A DNA stretch of 60,897 bases, the filler included. It is 4 parts of 4 records of this genome, joined end to end, with 100 filler letters (N's around TTAATTAATTAA, not from the genome) between each part and the next. Parts side by side here need not be neighbours in the genome. Positions count along the whole stretch, not along the records: positions 1 to 19,446 come from DRR378314_2362; positions 19,547 to 34,609 come from DRR378314_2364; 2 more parts are not named here. The stretch is one strand, 5' to 3'. The notes under the pieces were generated by a model that did no database searches, was not told the origin of the DNA, and was given only the letters and a program-made list of their open reading frames with translations. The position numbers and the translations under genes are program-made. Of the stretch, positions 10,219 through 20,086 are shown piece after piece (the stretch's first letter is position 1; each line of letters starts with the position of its first letter).

Positions 10219-10952
10219 TGTGGCGGGCCGGGCCTGACGCCAAGCCGCGCGGCCGCCGCCAAAGTGGCTTCACCCTGCTGGAAATCCTGGTGGTGGTGGG
10301 GCTGGTGGCGATGTTGTCCCTGGCGGTGCTGGTGGTGCCGGTGTGGGTCGACGACCAGCGCCAGCTGGACAGCGAGAGCGCCAGCCTCGCCGACACCCTG
10401 ACCATGCTCAACGAGCAGAGCCTGTTCTCCGGGCGTCTGATGGCGCTCAGGGTCACGGAACGGGGCTGGACGCCGTTGACCTACGACGTCGGCGAGCGCG
10501 CCTTCGTGCCCGCCCAGGGCAACGGCCTGCAGGCCAACCGCCTGCCCGAGAGCCTGGAACTGACCTGGCAGTACGACGACCTGCCCGACGACGAGGACGA
10601 AGAGCGGGTGTCCCTGCAGGACGCCGCCAAGCAACTGGTCAGCGACGACCCGTTCGGCGGCGATGACCAGGGCCTGCTCGGTGACGACCGTGACGAACCG
10701 GAAGACGGACGTGACGAGGAGGAAGAGGACCAAGAGCCGCTGCCCCAGGTGTTCTTTTTCCCCAGCGGCGAGACCACGCCGATCACCTTCACGGTGCGCT
10801 CCCGGCAGGACCTGGACCTGGAAGCCCGCCGACAGATGACCGCCCTCGGCAAGGTACGCGACCCGGACCGGGACGAAGAAGAAGAGGCCCTGACCGCGCC
10901 GGATGAAAAGCCGGACGACAGCCTGATCGACGACGACTTTCTGGAGGATTGA
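10218..10952 (+). CDS. gspH: Minor pseudopilin GspH with acidic insertions
   Basis: G/FTLLEILVV, PQVFFFPSGETTP motif, position after gspG. Confidence 0.85.
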   Translation: MWRAGPDAKPRGRRQSGFTLLEILVVVGLVAMLSLAVLVVPVWVDDQRQLDSESASLADTLTMLNEQSLFSGRLMALRVTERGWTPLTYDVGERAFVPAQGNGLQANRLPESLELTWQYDDLPDDEDEERVSLQDAAKQLVSDDPFGGDDQGLLGDDRDEPEDGRDEEEEDQEPLPQVFFFPSGETTPITFTVRSRQDLDLEARRQMTALGKVRDPDRDEEEEALTAPDEKPDDSLIDDDFLED

Positions 10953-10954
10953 CC

Positions 10955-11428
10955 ATGACCTCGCGCGGCCGGCAACACAGCCAGGCGGGCTTCACATTGG
11001 TGGAGGTGGTGCTCGCGGTAGCGGTGCTGGCGCTGGCCATGGTCACCCTGGGCCAGACGCTGGGCGCCAGCGCCGTGGCCTACCGCAATATCGACGACAC
11101 CCGCCAGGCCTATCTGGTCGCCGCCGACAAGCTGGTGGAGATGCAGGTGTACCAGCAATGGCCCAACACCGGCACCAACGACGACCAGGTGACCCGCGGC
11201 GACCGCGAGTGGTGGGTGCGCACCACCATCAGTTCCGGGCCCTATCCGGACACCCGCCGGGTCGACATCGAAGTGGGCGAAATGCGCGACGATGACGAAG
11301 GCGATTTGGTCTACGAGCTGGCCAGCCTGATCGGCAAACCGGCCCAGGAGGGGCAGTCCCTCACCGGTGGCGAGCAGGGCGGCGGTGGTCAGCAGGGCGG
11401 CGGCGGCCAGGATATGACGGGGGGCTGA
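10955..11428 (+). CDS. gspI: Minor pseudopilin GspI
   Basis: G/FTLVEVVLAVAVLA, GGAGG upstream of ATG 10955, gene order. Confidence 0.85.
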   Translation: MTSRGRQHSQAGFTLVEVVLAVAVLALAMVTLGQTLGASAVAYRNIDDTRQAYLVAADKLVEMQVYQQWPNTGTNDDQVTRGDREWWVRTTISSGPYPDTRRVDIEVGEMRDDDEGDLVYELASLIGKPAQEGQSLTGGEQGGGGQQGGGGQDMTGG

Positions 11429-12069
11429 TGCGCGATTCCAGGGCACGGCAGCCGGGGTTCACCCTGCTGGAAATGTTGATCACCATCGCCATCTTCGCGC
11501 TGATGTATGTGGTGGCGGTGGAATTTCTCAGCAGCGCCATGAACAACCGCGACACCCTCAGTGACGGCGCCACCGAGCTGGAGGACGCCCAGCGCGCGGT
11601 CACCTACCTGACCCTGGATTTCGAACAGATGATCGCCCGGCCGGTGCGCGACCCCTACGGTGATCCGCAACCGGCCCTGATCGGCAACGACAACTACGTG
11701 GAATTCACCCGCCTGGGCTGGGCCAACCCCTTCGCGCTGCGCCGCCGCAGCGAAATGCAGCGCGTGGTCTACGCCTTCGAGGACGAAAAGCTCTACCGCC
11801 GCTACTGGCCGGTGCTGGACACCAACGTGGCCACCGAATTCCAGGAAGACGTGCTGCTCGACGGCGTCGCCGACTTTAAGGTCCGTTATCTCGACCAGGC
11901 GCAGACCGGCGAAGTGGGCTGGCTGGAATTCTGGCCCGAGCCGGCCCTCGCCAACACGCCGGTGTGGCAGCAGCGGCTGCCGAAAAGCGTGGAAATCGAC
12001 ATCGAAATGGAAGACGGGCAAACCCTGCACCGCTACTTCCGCACGGTGGTGAATCCATGGGCGTCCTGA
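11428..12069 (+). CDS. gspJ: Minor pseudopilin GspJ
   Basis: G/FTLLEMLI, RPVRDPYG, FTRLGWANP, RSEMQRVVY, LYRRYWPVLD. Confidence 0.92.
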   Translation: MRDSRARQPGFTLLEMLITIAIFALMYVVAVEFLSSAMNNRDTLSDGATELEDAQRAVTYLTLDFEQMIARPVRDPYGDPQPALIGNDNYVEFTRLGWANPFALRRRSEMQRVVYAFEDEKLYRRYWPVLDTNVATEFQEDVLLDGVADFKVRYLDQAQTGEVGWLEFWPEPALANTPVWQQRLPKSVEIDIEMEDGQTLHRYFRTVVNPWAS

Positions 12070-13163
12070 TCGTACACCCGCGCAGCGGCGGGCGGCGCCG
12101 CCAGCAGGGCATGGCGCTGATCATCGTGCTGATGCTGTTCGCGATCCTGGCGGCGGTGACCACCGAGGTGATGTTCCGCCAGGACCGCTTCCGGGTGCGC
12201 ACCGAGAACCTGCTCGAATGGGACAAGCGTTACCAGTACGCCATGGCCGCCGAAGTGGTGGCGGTGCAGGGGCTGATCGACGACCTGGACGAAGACCGCC
12301 GCACCAACCAGCAACTGGACGAATGCATTGAAGAGCAGTGGGCCGTGCAGCTGACGCCCACGCCCTACGAGGACGCCATCCTCAGCGCCAGCGTTCAGGA
12401 CCTGCAGGGGCGCTTTAACCTGAACTGGCTGGTGGAGGCCAACGGCGCCGGCTTCACCCGCGACGACGAGGCCCGGGATATGTTGCAACGGCTGTTGCAG
12501 CAGACCCTGCCGGACCCGGGCAAGGCGAGCATCCTCGCCAACGAGATGACCGACTGGATCGACAGCAACAACATCGTCGACGCCGTGGAAGGCGCGGAAG
12601 ACGCGGAATACCGCCTCAGCCGCACGCCCAACATGCCGGTGGCCCATGAAACGGAACTGCGCGCCCTGCGCAGCTTCACGGTGCAGGATCTGTTTCCGGA
12701 CCCGGCCGTCTGGGGGCTGTTCACCGCCTTGCCCACGGACACCACGCTGAACGTGAACACCGCGCCGTTGCCGGTGCTGGACGCCGTGCTCGGGTCGCTG
12801 GCGGGCTCCGGAGCCGCCGAGGCGGTGGTGTCGCTGCGCCAGGAAGAGCCCATCGAGGACATCGGCACCCTGATGCAGCAGGAGCCGTTCAGCAGCCTGG
12901 ACGCGGATCAAAAGCAGGCCCTGAGCGACCGTCTCGGGGTCGCCAGCGAGTACTTCCAGGTGATGGTGGACGTGGAAGTGGCCGGTAACCTTAGCCGTCT
13001 GGTCAGCCGGGTGCGGCGCTCCGCCGGCGGCGGCGCGGACGGCACCCGGGTGTACAGCCGCCAGGTGAAGCCGCTGCTGTCGCCGCTCGAACCCGCCTGC
13101 AATCCCTTTTACAATGCGGGCGATGACAACAACAATGTGATAGACAGTATTCCAGGGACGTAA
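12057..13163 (+). CDS. gspK: Minor pseudopilin GspK
   Basis: QQG/MALIIVL, DLQGRFNLN, DWIDSN, LNVNTAP, SEYF; likely start ATG 12057. Confidence 0.9.
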   Translation: MGVLIVHPRSGGRRRQQGMALIIVLMLFAILAAVTTEVMFRQDRFRVRTENLLEWDKRYQYAMAAEVVAVQGLIDDLDEDRRTNQQLDECIEEQWAVQLTPTPYEDAILSASVQDLQGRFNLNWLVEANGAGFTRDDEARDMLQRLLQQTLPDPGKASILANEMTDWIDSNNIVDAVEGAEDAEYRLSRTPNMPVAHETELRALRSFTVQDLFPDPAVWGLFTALPTDTTLNVNTAPLPVLDAVLGSLAGSGAAEAVVSLRQEEPIEDIGTLMQQEPFSSLDADQKQALSDRLGVASEYFQVMVDVEVAGNLSRLVSRVRRSAGGGADGTRVYSRQVKPLLSPLEPACNPFYNAGDDNNNVIDSIPGT

Positions 13164-13175
13164 AGGATTCTTATT

Positions 13176-14327
13176 GTGGCCGATTCAGCATTGATCTATC
13201 TGGCCCCGGGGGCATTTCAGGACGCACTGGCCGACGCCAGGGTGTTGTTCCAGGAAAGCCGCGCGGACAGCCCGCGCCAGGGCAGCCTGGGCGAGGCGCT
13301 GGAAGCGCTCTCCGGGCGGGCGGTGAACCTGGTGGTGACCAGCGCCGAAGCGCTGCTCACCGGCGTCACCCTGTCGCGCAAGCAGGCCCGCCATTTGCAG
13401 CGGGTGCTGCCCTATCTGCTTGAGGAGCAGTTGCTGGAAGCGCCGGAGCAGCTCTGGTTCGCGTCCGGCAAGGCCGAGCACGGCCGCTACCCGGTGGCGG
13501 TGATCAACCGGCCCAATCTGGAAGCGCTGATCGACCTGTGCCGCGAGCACCGGGTGCGCCCGCAGAGCCTGAAAGCCGACGCCGACCTGCTGGCCGCCCA
13601 GACCCCGGTGCTGATCACCGTGGAAGGGTGGGGCACGCTGATTCTGGAGCGCGACCAGGCGCTGGTGGCCGACGAAGCCCAGCGCGAAGCGGTGCTGGCG
13701 CTGCACGGCGACGACGAACTGCATTTCACCCGCCTGGAAGACCCGGCCACGCTGTGCGATCAACTGCAGGCCGCGCTGGCCGCCGATCACGGCGTGGAGA
13801 TTCTGCAGGGGGCCTTTTCACAACGGCAGAACCAGGCCAGCGGCCCGTCCCCCTGGCAGCCGTGGAAACCGGTCATGGGGCTGGCCGCGGCGGTGTTCTT
13901 TATTGCCCTGGCGGCGGTCTGGGCCCAGCAGTGGCGCTACCAGAAAGCGGCCGACGAGACCTTCGCCCAGGCCGCCGAGCTGTACCAGTCGCTGTTCCCC
14001 GGCGACCGCGCCACCTCCGGCCTGCGCCGCCAGTTCCAGGCGCGCCTGGCCCGTTTGGGCGGTGACGGGGACGGCGGCGGCGGGACCCTGTTCCGCGTTC
14101 TCCCGGCGGTGGCCTCGACGCTGTCGCAAAGCGAAGTGGAACCCAAGCGGCTGCAGTTCGACCAGCGCGACGGCAGCCTGCTGCTGGATCTGGGCGCCAA
14201 GGAATACAACCAGGTGGAGAAGCTGCAGGGCGCCCTCAACGAGAAAGGCGTACGCGCCACGATTGCCAACTACCGGAACGGCGCCACCGGCGTCACCGCC
14301 CGGGTGAAAGTGGAGCAGGCGGGATGA
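13176..14327 (+). CDS. gspL: Type II secretion protein GspL
   Basis: LPYLLEEQL motif, single TM near residue 235, gene order after gspK. Confidence 0.85.
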   Translation: MADSALIYLAPGAFQDALADARVLFQESRADSPRQGSLGEALEALSGRAVNLVVTSAEALLTGVTLSRKQARHLQRVLPYLLEEQLLEAPEQLWFASGKAEHGRYPVAVINRPNLEALIDLCREHRVRPQSLKADADLLAAQTPVLITVEGWGTLILERDQALVADEAQREAVLALHGDDELHFTRLEDPATLCDQLQAALAADHGVEILQGAFSQRQNQASGPSPWQPWKPVMGLAAAVFFIALAAVWAQQWRYQKAADETFAQAAELYQSLFPGDRATSGLRRQFQARLARLGGDGDGGGGTLFRVLPAVASTLSQSEVEPKRLQFDQRDGSLLLDLGAKEYNQVEKLQGALNEKGVRATIANYRNGATGVTARVKVEQAG

Positions 14328-14848
14328 ATAAGAATCTGCAACAGGCACGGGAAAAACTGGACGCCAAACTGGCGCCGGCCCGCGCCTGGTACGAGCAACG
14401 GGAACCCCGCGAACAGCGCATTCTGCAGGCCCTGGCGCTGCTGGTGGCGGCGGCGCTGGTGTACTGGCTGATCTGGCAGCCGGCCTGGGACGCCCGCGAC
14501 GCGGCCCGCCAGCGCTATCTCGCCAACCAGGAAACCCTGGCCTGGATTGAAAGCAACGCGGACGCGGTGCGCGCGGCCCGTGGTGGCGGCGGCAATACCG
14601 GTGCCGACCTGGGCCCCAACTGGACCAGCAATATCAGCCGTTCGGTGCAGTCCTACGGGCTGACCCTGCGTGGCTTCACGCCGGACGGTAACCGTTCGGT
14701 GCGCATCCAGATGGAAAACCAGCCCGCCAGCGAGATGCTGCTCTGGCTGCAGGCCATGGAGGAAAAGGGCCTGACCCTGGCGACCATGGAAATGAGCGCC
14801 GGCGACAAACCGGGCACCGCCTCCCTGCGTGCCACCCTGGCGCGCTGA
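14324..14848 (+). CDS. gspM: Type II secretion protein GspM
   Basis: W...PREQR then TM ending YWLIWQP; overlaps gspL stop. Confidence 0.87.
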   Translation: MNKNLQQAREKLDAKLAPARAWYEQREPREQRILQALALLVAAALVYWLIWQPAWDARDAARQRYLANQETLAWIESNADAVRAARGGGGNTGADLGPNWTSNISRSVQSYGLTLRGFTPDGNRSVRIQMENQPASEMLLWLQAMEEKGLTLATMEMSAGDKPGTASLRATLAR

Positions 14849-14851
14849 TCC

Positions 14852-15640
14852 GTGGCGAAAAAAGCCACCCGCAAAAAAGCCCCGCGACGGCCCGCCGGCG
14901 CCCCAGGCGCCACCGGCGGGGCCGCGCTCACCGCCTGGTTCTGCTACGCGCTGACCACGGTGGTGCTGGCCCTGGGGGTCACCTGGGCCCTCTACGCCCA
15001 GGCCGATTACGGCTATGCCTTCTGGTATAAAACGCTGGATATCGACCGGCACATCGAGCAGTACGGGCCCCTTAACCGGTTCCAGCGGGCGGATTTCGAG
15101 GCGCTGGACGCCGACCAGCACATCGAGCTGTTTCACCGCATCCGGGTGGCGGTACACGACGGTGGCGAGGGGCTGGCGTCGATCCGCTATCCGGACCGCC
15201 AGGGCACGCCGGTGACCCTGCTGCGGCCCGCCGAAGTGCAACACCTGCGCGACGTCGCCCATCTTATCGACAGTGGCCGCTGGGCCCTGGCGGTGGCCTT
15301 CCTGGTCTGGCTGCCGCTGGCCGCCGGGGTGGCCCGCCGGCCTGCGCCGGATTGGCGGCGGCGGGCGCTGGTCGCTGTGACCCCGTTGCTGGCTATGGTA
15401 GTTTGGCTGCTCGTTTCCGGGCCTGAAGCGGTGTTCTACCAGTTCCATATCTGGCTGTTTCCCGCCGACCATGAGTGGTTCTTCTACTGGCAGGACTCAT
15501 TGATGAGCACGCTGATGAAGGCGCCGGTGCTGTTTGGCGGCATTGCCGTGGTGCTCGTGGGGGGCACCCTGGTTCTCACGCCGTTGTTCTACCGTGGCGG
15601 TCTCTGGCTGATCGGGCGCCTGCGCCGCGGCCCACTCTGA
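14852..15640 (+). CDS. DUF1461 / lipoprotein intramolecular transacylase (Lit)-like membrane protein
   Basis: Four hydrophobic segments; EVQHLRDV and FYQFHIWLF..W.F...SL motifs recalled for DUF1461/Lit. Confidence 0.7.
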   Translation: MAKKATRKKAPRRPAGAPGATGGAALTAWFCYALTTVVLALGVTWALYAQADYGYAFWYKTLDIDRHIEQYGPLNRFQRADFEALDADQHIELFHRIRVAVHDGGEGLASIRYPDRQGTPVTLLRPAEVQHLRDVAHLIDSGRWALAVAFLVWLPLAAGVARRPAPDWRRRALVAVTPLLAMVVWLLVSGPEAVFYQFHIWLFPADHEWFFYWQDSLMSTLMKAPVLFGGIAVVLVGGTLVLTPLFYRGGLWLIGRLRRGPL

Positions 15641-15653
15641 TAATTAGATATTC

Positions 15654-17651
15654 ATGAGCATAGATGTATTGGCCGCCGACGAGCGCGGCGACGAGAACGT
15701 GCAACGCTGGCTGGCTTCCGGCTTGCCGGTGCCGCCGAGCTGGCGTATTTCCCGCCAGGCCGTGCTGGAGCAGGACACCGACGGCCTGGTGCGCCGGCTG
15801 CGCGCCTTGCCGCGCATGTTCAACGGCGAGCGTTACTGGGTGCTGCACCAGGGGGCCATGAACGCGGAGTCCCAGCGCGAGAGCCTGCTCAACCTGGATT
15901 CCGACGAAGCCCTGGCGGCGGCCCTGACCACGGTGTTCGGCCGCGACCCGGCCCCCGAGCAGGTGGTGGTGCAGGCGCTGCCCCGCCAGCGTGCCGCCGG
16001 GGTGCTGTTCACCCGCCACCCGCTGCGTCAGGATCTGCCGCACATGGTGGTGGAAGGCGTGGCCGAAGGCGGCGCCGAACGGCAGCGCCTGATTTTCGAT
16101 GAGTACGGGCGCCTGGTGTATCGCGCCGACAGCGACGCGGTGGCCCTGGATCAGGCGGTGCCCGCGTCCCAGCTACTGGCGCTCGGCGAGCAACTCAAAC
16201 GGGGCTTCGAACGGCCCCAGGCCGGCGAATGGATCCACGACGGCGAGCGGCTGTGGCTGCTGCAGACCCTGCCGGTGGGCTCGTTGCCGGTGCCCAAGGA
16301 AGTCTGGACCCGCCGCGCCACCCCGGCCCTGTTCAACCAAGCGCTGACCCCGCTCTGGTACACCCTGGCCGGGCGCTGGCTGAAGACCCATTTCTGGCGA
16401 CGCCTGGTTGAGAAGCACGGCTGGGACGATCTCGCGCGGATCGAACCCTACCGCCGCCAGCAAAGCCACCTCTACACCAACAGCGAATTTTTCCGCCGCC
16501 TGCGCGAGCACCATCCCGGCGCGGCGGCCAAGGTGCCGCCCGCCTGGCAACCGCTGGAAAGCGTGGCCGGCTACCCGGGCGCCGGCAAACCGGCCGGGCG
16601 GCTGCAGCATTGGCGGCAGAGCGGCGAACTGGCGGTGATCGGCCGGCGGCTCAAGGGCTGGCGGGCGCCGCACCGGGACCGCGAACGCCTGTGGCGCAGC
16701 CTGATGGAACTGGACCGTATCGGCGAGCGTCTGGCCGCCCAGGAGGGTGCGCTGGCCTATCTGTCGCTGCCCGACCGCCTGCTCGCCGAGCGCGACCCGG
16801 TTCCTCTGGCGCTGCTGCTCAGCGAGGTGGAAATGGCCGCCCTGCGGGCGGTGCTGGCCGGCGACCGGAGCGCGCTCGAGGCCAGCCGCCTGCGCACCGG
16901 GGCGGACCCGGTGCACGCCCCGCTGTGCGACCAGCCGGCGCAGTTCCAGAGCCTGCGCACGCCGGCGCGGCCGCCGACACTGCACGAAGAGATTCCGCCG
17001 CACCTGGATCAAAGCCTGTTGCGGCTGGCGCGGCGCGCCCGCGGGCTGCGCTTCGCCGTCGGTAACCGGCTGCGCACCCTGTTGGTGGACGTGGCCGCGC
17101 TGCTGGTGCGCGACAAGTTGCTCGCCCACCCGGACGACGTCTTCTTTCTCTACTTCGACGAGCTCTGGGAACTGTGGATGCAGGGCAGGGTGCCGGCGTC
17201 CGCCTCCGGCGACGTGATCGGCCAGCGCAAGGTGCGCTACCTGGAAGACGCCCACGCCGGCGCCCCGGACTGGAAGATGGACCGCATCGGCTTCGGCTTC
17301 GGCGGCGGTGGCCGGCTCAGCCCGGTACTGCGCGGCGCCACCCTGGTGCCCGGCACCGCCAGCGGCCCGGTGCGCCGCCTGTGCAGCGCCTGGGCCCTGA
17401 ACCGGCTGCAATCCGGCGACATCGTCGTGGTGGATCAGGTCGACCCCAGCTGGGCCCCCTGGCTGGTGCAGGCCGCCGGCCTGGTGATCACCGGCCGCGA
17501 CCCCGCCAACGTCGCCGCCAGCCTCGCGGTCGCCTGCGCCATCCCCGCGGTCTGGGACGTCAGCGACGTCATGCACAGCGTCGTCGACGGAACGCGCGCC
17601 ACGCTCGACGGCGAGCGTGGCGAGTTAATAGTTAACAGCGAGAGCAGTTAA
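15654..17651 (+). CDS. PEP-synthase/rifampin-phosphotransferase-like protein, probably catalytically inactive
   Basis: Degenerate ATP-grasp (AAGVLFTRHP, EW...LWLLQTLPV), DDVFFLYFDEL, C-terminal swivel domain GDIVV..VDPSW..AAGLV..IPAV..LDGERGEL with Val in the His position. Confidence 0.75.
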   Translation: MSIDVLAADERGDENVQRWLASGLPVPPSWRISRQAVLEQDTDGLVRRLRALPRMFNGERYWVLHQGAMNAESQRESLLNLDSDEALAAALTTVFGRDPAPEQVVVQALPRQRAAGVLFTRHPLRQDLPHMVVEGVAEGGAERQRLIFDEYGRLVYRADSDAVALDQAVPASQLLALGEQLKRGFERPQAGEWIHDGERLWLLQTLPVGSLPVPKEVWTRRATPALFNQALTPLWYTLAGRWLKTHFWRRLVEKHGWDDLARIEPYRRQQSHLYTNSEFFRRLREHHPGAAAKVPPAWQPLESVAGYPGAGKPAGRLQHWRQSGELAVIGRRLKGWRAPHRDRERLWRSLMELDRIGERLAAQEGALAYLSLPDRLLAERDPVPLALLLSEVEMAALRAVLAGDRSALEASRLRTGADPVHAPLCDQPAQFQSLRTPARPPTLHEEIPPHLDQSLLRLARRARGLRFAVGNRLRTLLVDVAALLVRDKLLAHPDDVFFLYFDELWELWMQGRVPASASGDVIGQRKVRYLEDAHAGAPDWKMDRIGFGFGGGGRLSPVLRGATLVPGTASGPVRRLCSAWALNRLQSGDIVVVDQVDPSWAPWLVQAAGLVITGRDPANVAASLAVACAIPAVWDVSDVMHSVVDGTRATLDGERGELIVNSESS

Positions 17652-17819
17652 CAGTTAACAGTGAAAAGTTAATAGTGGCGCGGGTGGGGCCGGGGGAGCG
17701 GAAAGGCCGTGCCCGCGCTGCTTGGGCGGCGAGCTTCCCGCCACCCCAGAAGCGCGGGCACGGCCCAGGAATCAGCCCGCGATCCCACCCGCGAACTGTT
17801 CACTGTTAACTCTTAACTA

Positions 17820-17826
<7 letters not shown>
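17623..17826. repeat. ~200 bp nested inverted-repeat element with AGTTAAY-type heptamer arms and a REP-like core
   Basis: Left heptamers 17623-17676 and inverse heptamers 17795-17826; CGCGGGTGGG (17679-17688) pairs with CCCACCCGCG (17784-17793); GGCCGTGCCCGCGCT (17705-17719) pairs with AGCGCGGGCACGGCC (17751-17765). Confidence 0.9.
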
Positions 17827-19446
<1,620 letters not shown>

Positions 19447-19546
19447 NNNNNNNNNNNNNNNNNNNNNNNNNNNNNNNNNNNNNNNNNNNNTTAATTAATT
19501 AANNNNNNNNNNNNNNNNNNNNNNNNNNNNNNNNNNNNNNNNNNNN
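19447..19546. other. Artificial contig spacer
   Basis: N-run, TTAATTAATTAA (19491-19502, stops in all frames), N-run; GC content shifts across it. Confidence 0.98.
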
Positions 19547-19581
19547 TCAATCCCCTGCTCTACCAACTGAGCTATCTGGCC
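19547..19581 (-). tRNA. tRNA-Phe(GAA), 5' half (truncated at contig end)
   Basis: Minus strand GGCCAGA-TA-GCTC-AGTTGGTA-GAGC-A-GGGGA-TTGA, typical of gammaproteobacterial tRNA-Phe; last anticodon base missing. Confidence 0.85.
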
Positions 19582-19597
19582 GCTGCCAACGGTGCGT

Positions 19598-19626
19598 ATT
19601 AAACTAAAAACTCAGCTTTTCGTCAA
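19598..19626 (-). promoter_or_regulatory. Sigma70-type promoter of the tRNA-Phe gene
   Basis: TTGACG-17 nt-TTTAAT on the minus strand, 16 nt upstream of the tRNA 5' end. Confidence 0.7.
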
Positions 19627-19755
19627 CACTTTCGTGAAACTTTCTTTCTAGTCACGTGCTTAGGGCACTTCTTTGCAGGGCTCAAAACGTGCAAAAGCCG
19701 CGCCATCCGTGGGCTGCACCGAGTTTCACTCCTTACAGCCTTGCTTCCTGAACGC

Positions 19756-20031
19756 TTACGCCTGGGTAGGCGGCACGTAACCTTCCGCTTGATCCGTTGC
19801 TTCGTTATTTAGAAAACGCTGCATTTGATCCATCAAATAGGCGCGCGCCTCGGGCTCTAACATGTTGAGGTGCTTTTCATTAATCAAGCGCGTTTGCAAC
19901 GACTGCCACTCTTCCCAGGCCTGCTTAGACACCGTGGCTTGAATCTCTTGGCCCTGCTTACCTGGCAGTGGTGGAAATGGCAGAGCGGGTAGCTCTTGTT
20001 GGTACTTGCGGCAAAAAACGGTGGTGCTCAT
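19756..20031 (-). CDS. yggX: Fe(II)-trafficking / oxidative damage protection protein YggX
   Basis: TVFCRKY, VSKQAWEEW..LQTRLINEKHL, EGYVPP; adjacent to mutY. Confidence 0.93.
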   Translation of the reverse strand: MSTTVFCRKYQQELPALPFPPLPGKQGQEIQATVSKQAWEEWQSLQTRLINEKHLNMLEPEARAYLMDQMQRFLNNEATDQAEGYVPPTQA

Positions 20032-20086
20032 GGTGTACTCCTTTTTGAATAACGCTGCGAATATAAAAGTAATAACGCGAGTGAGG

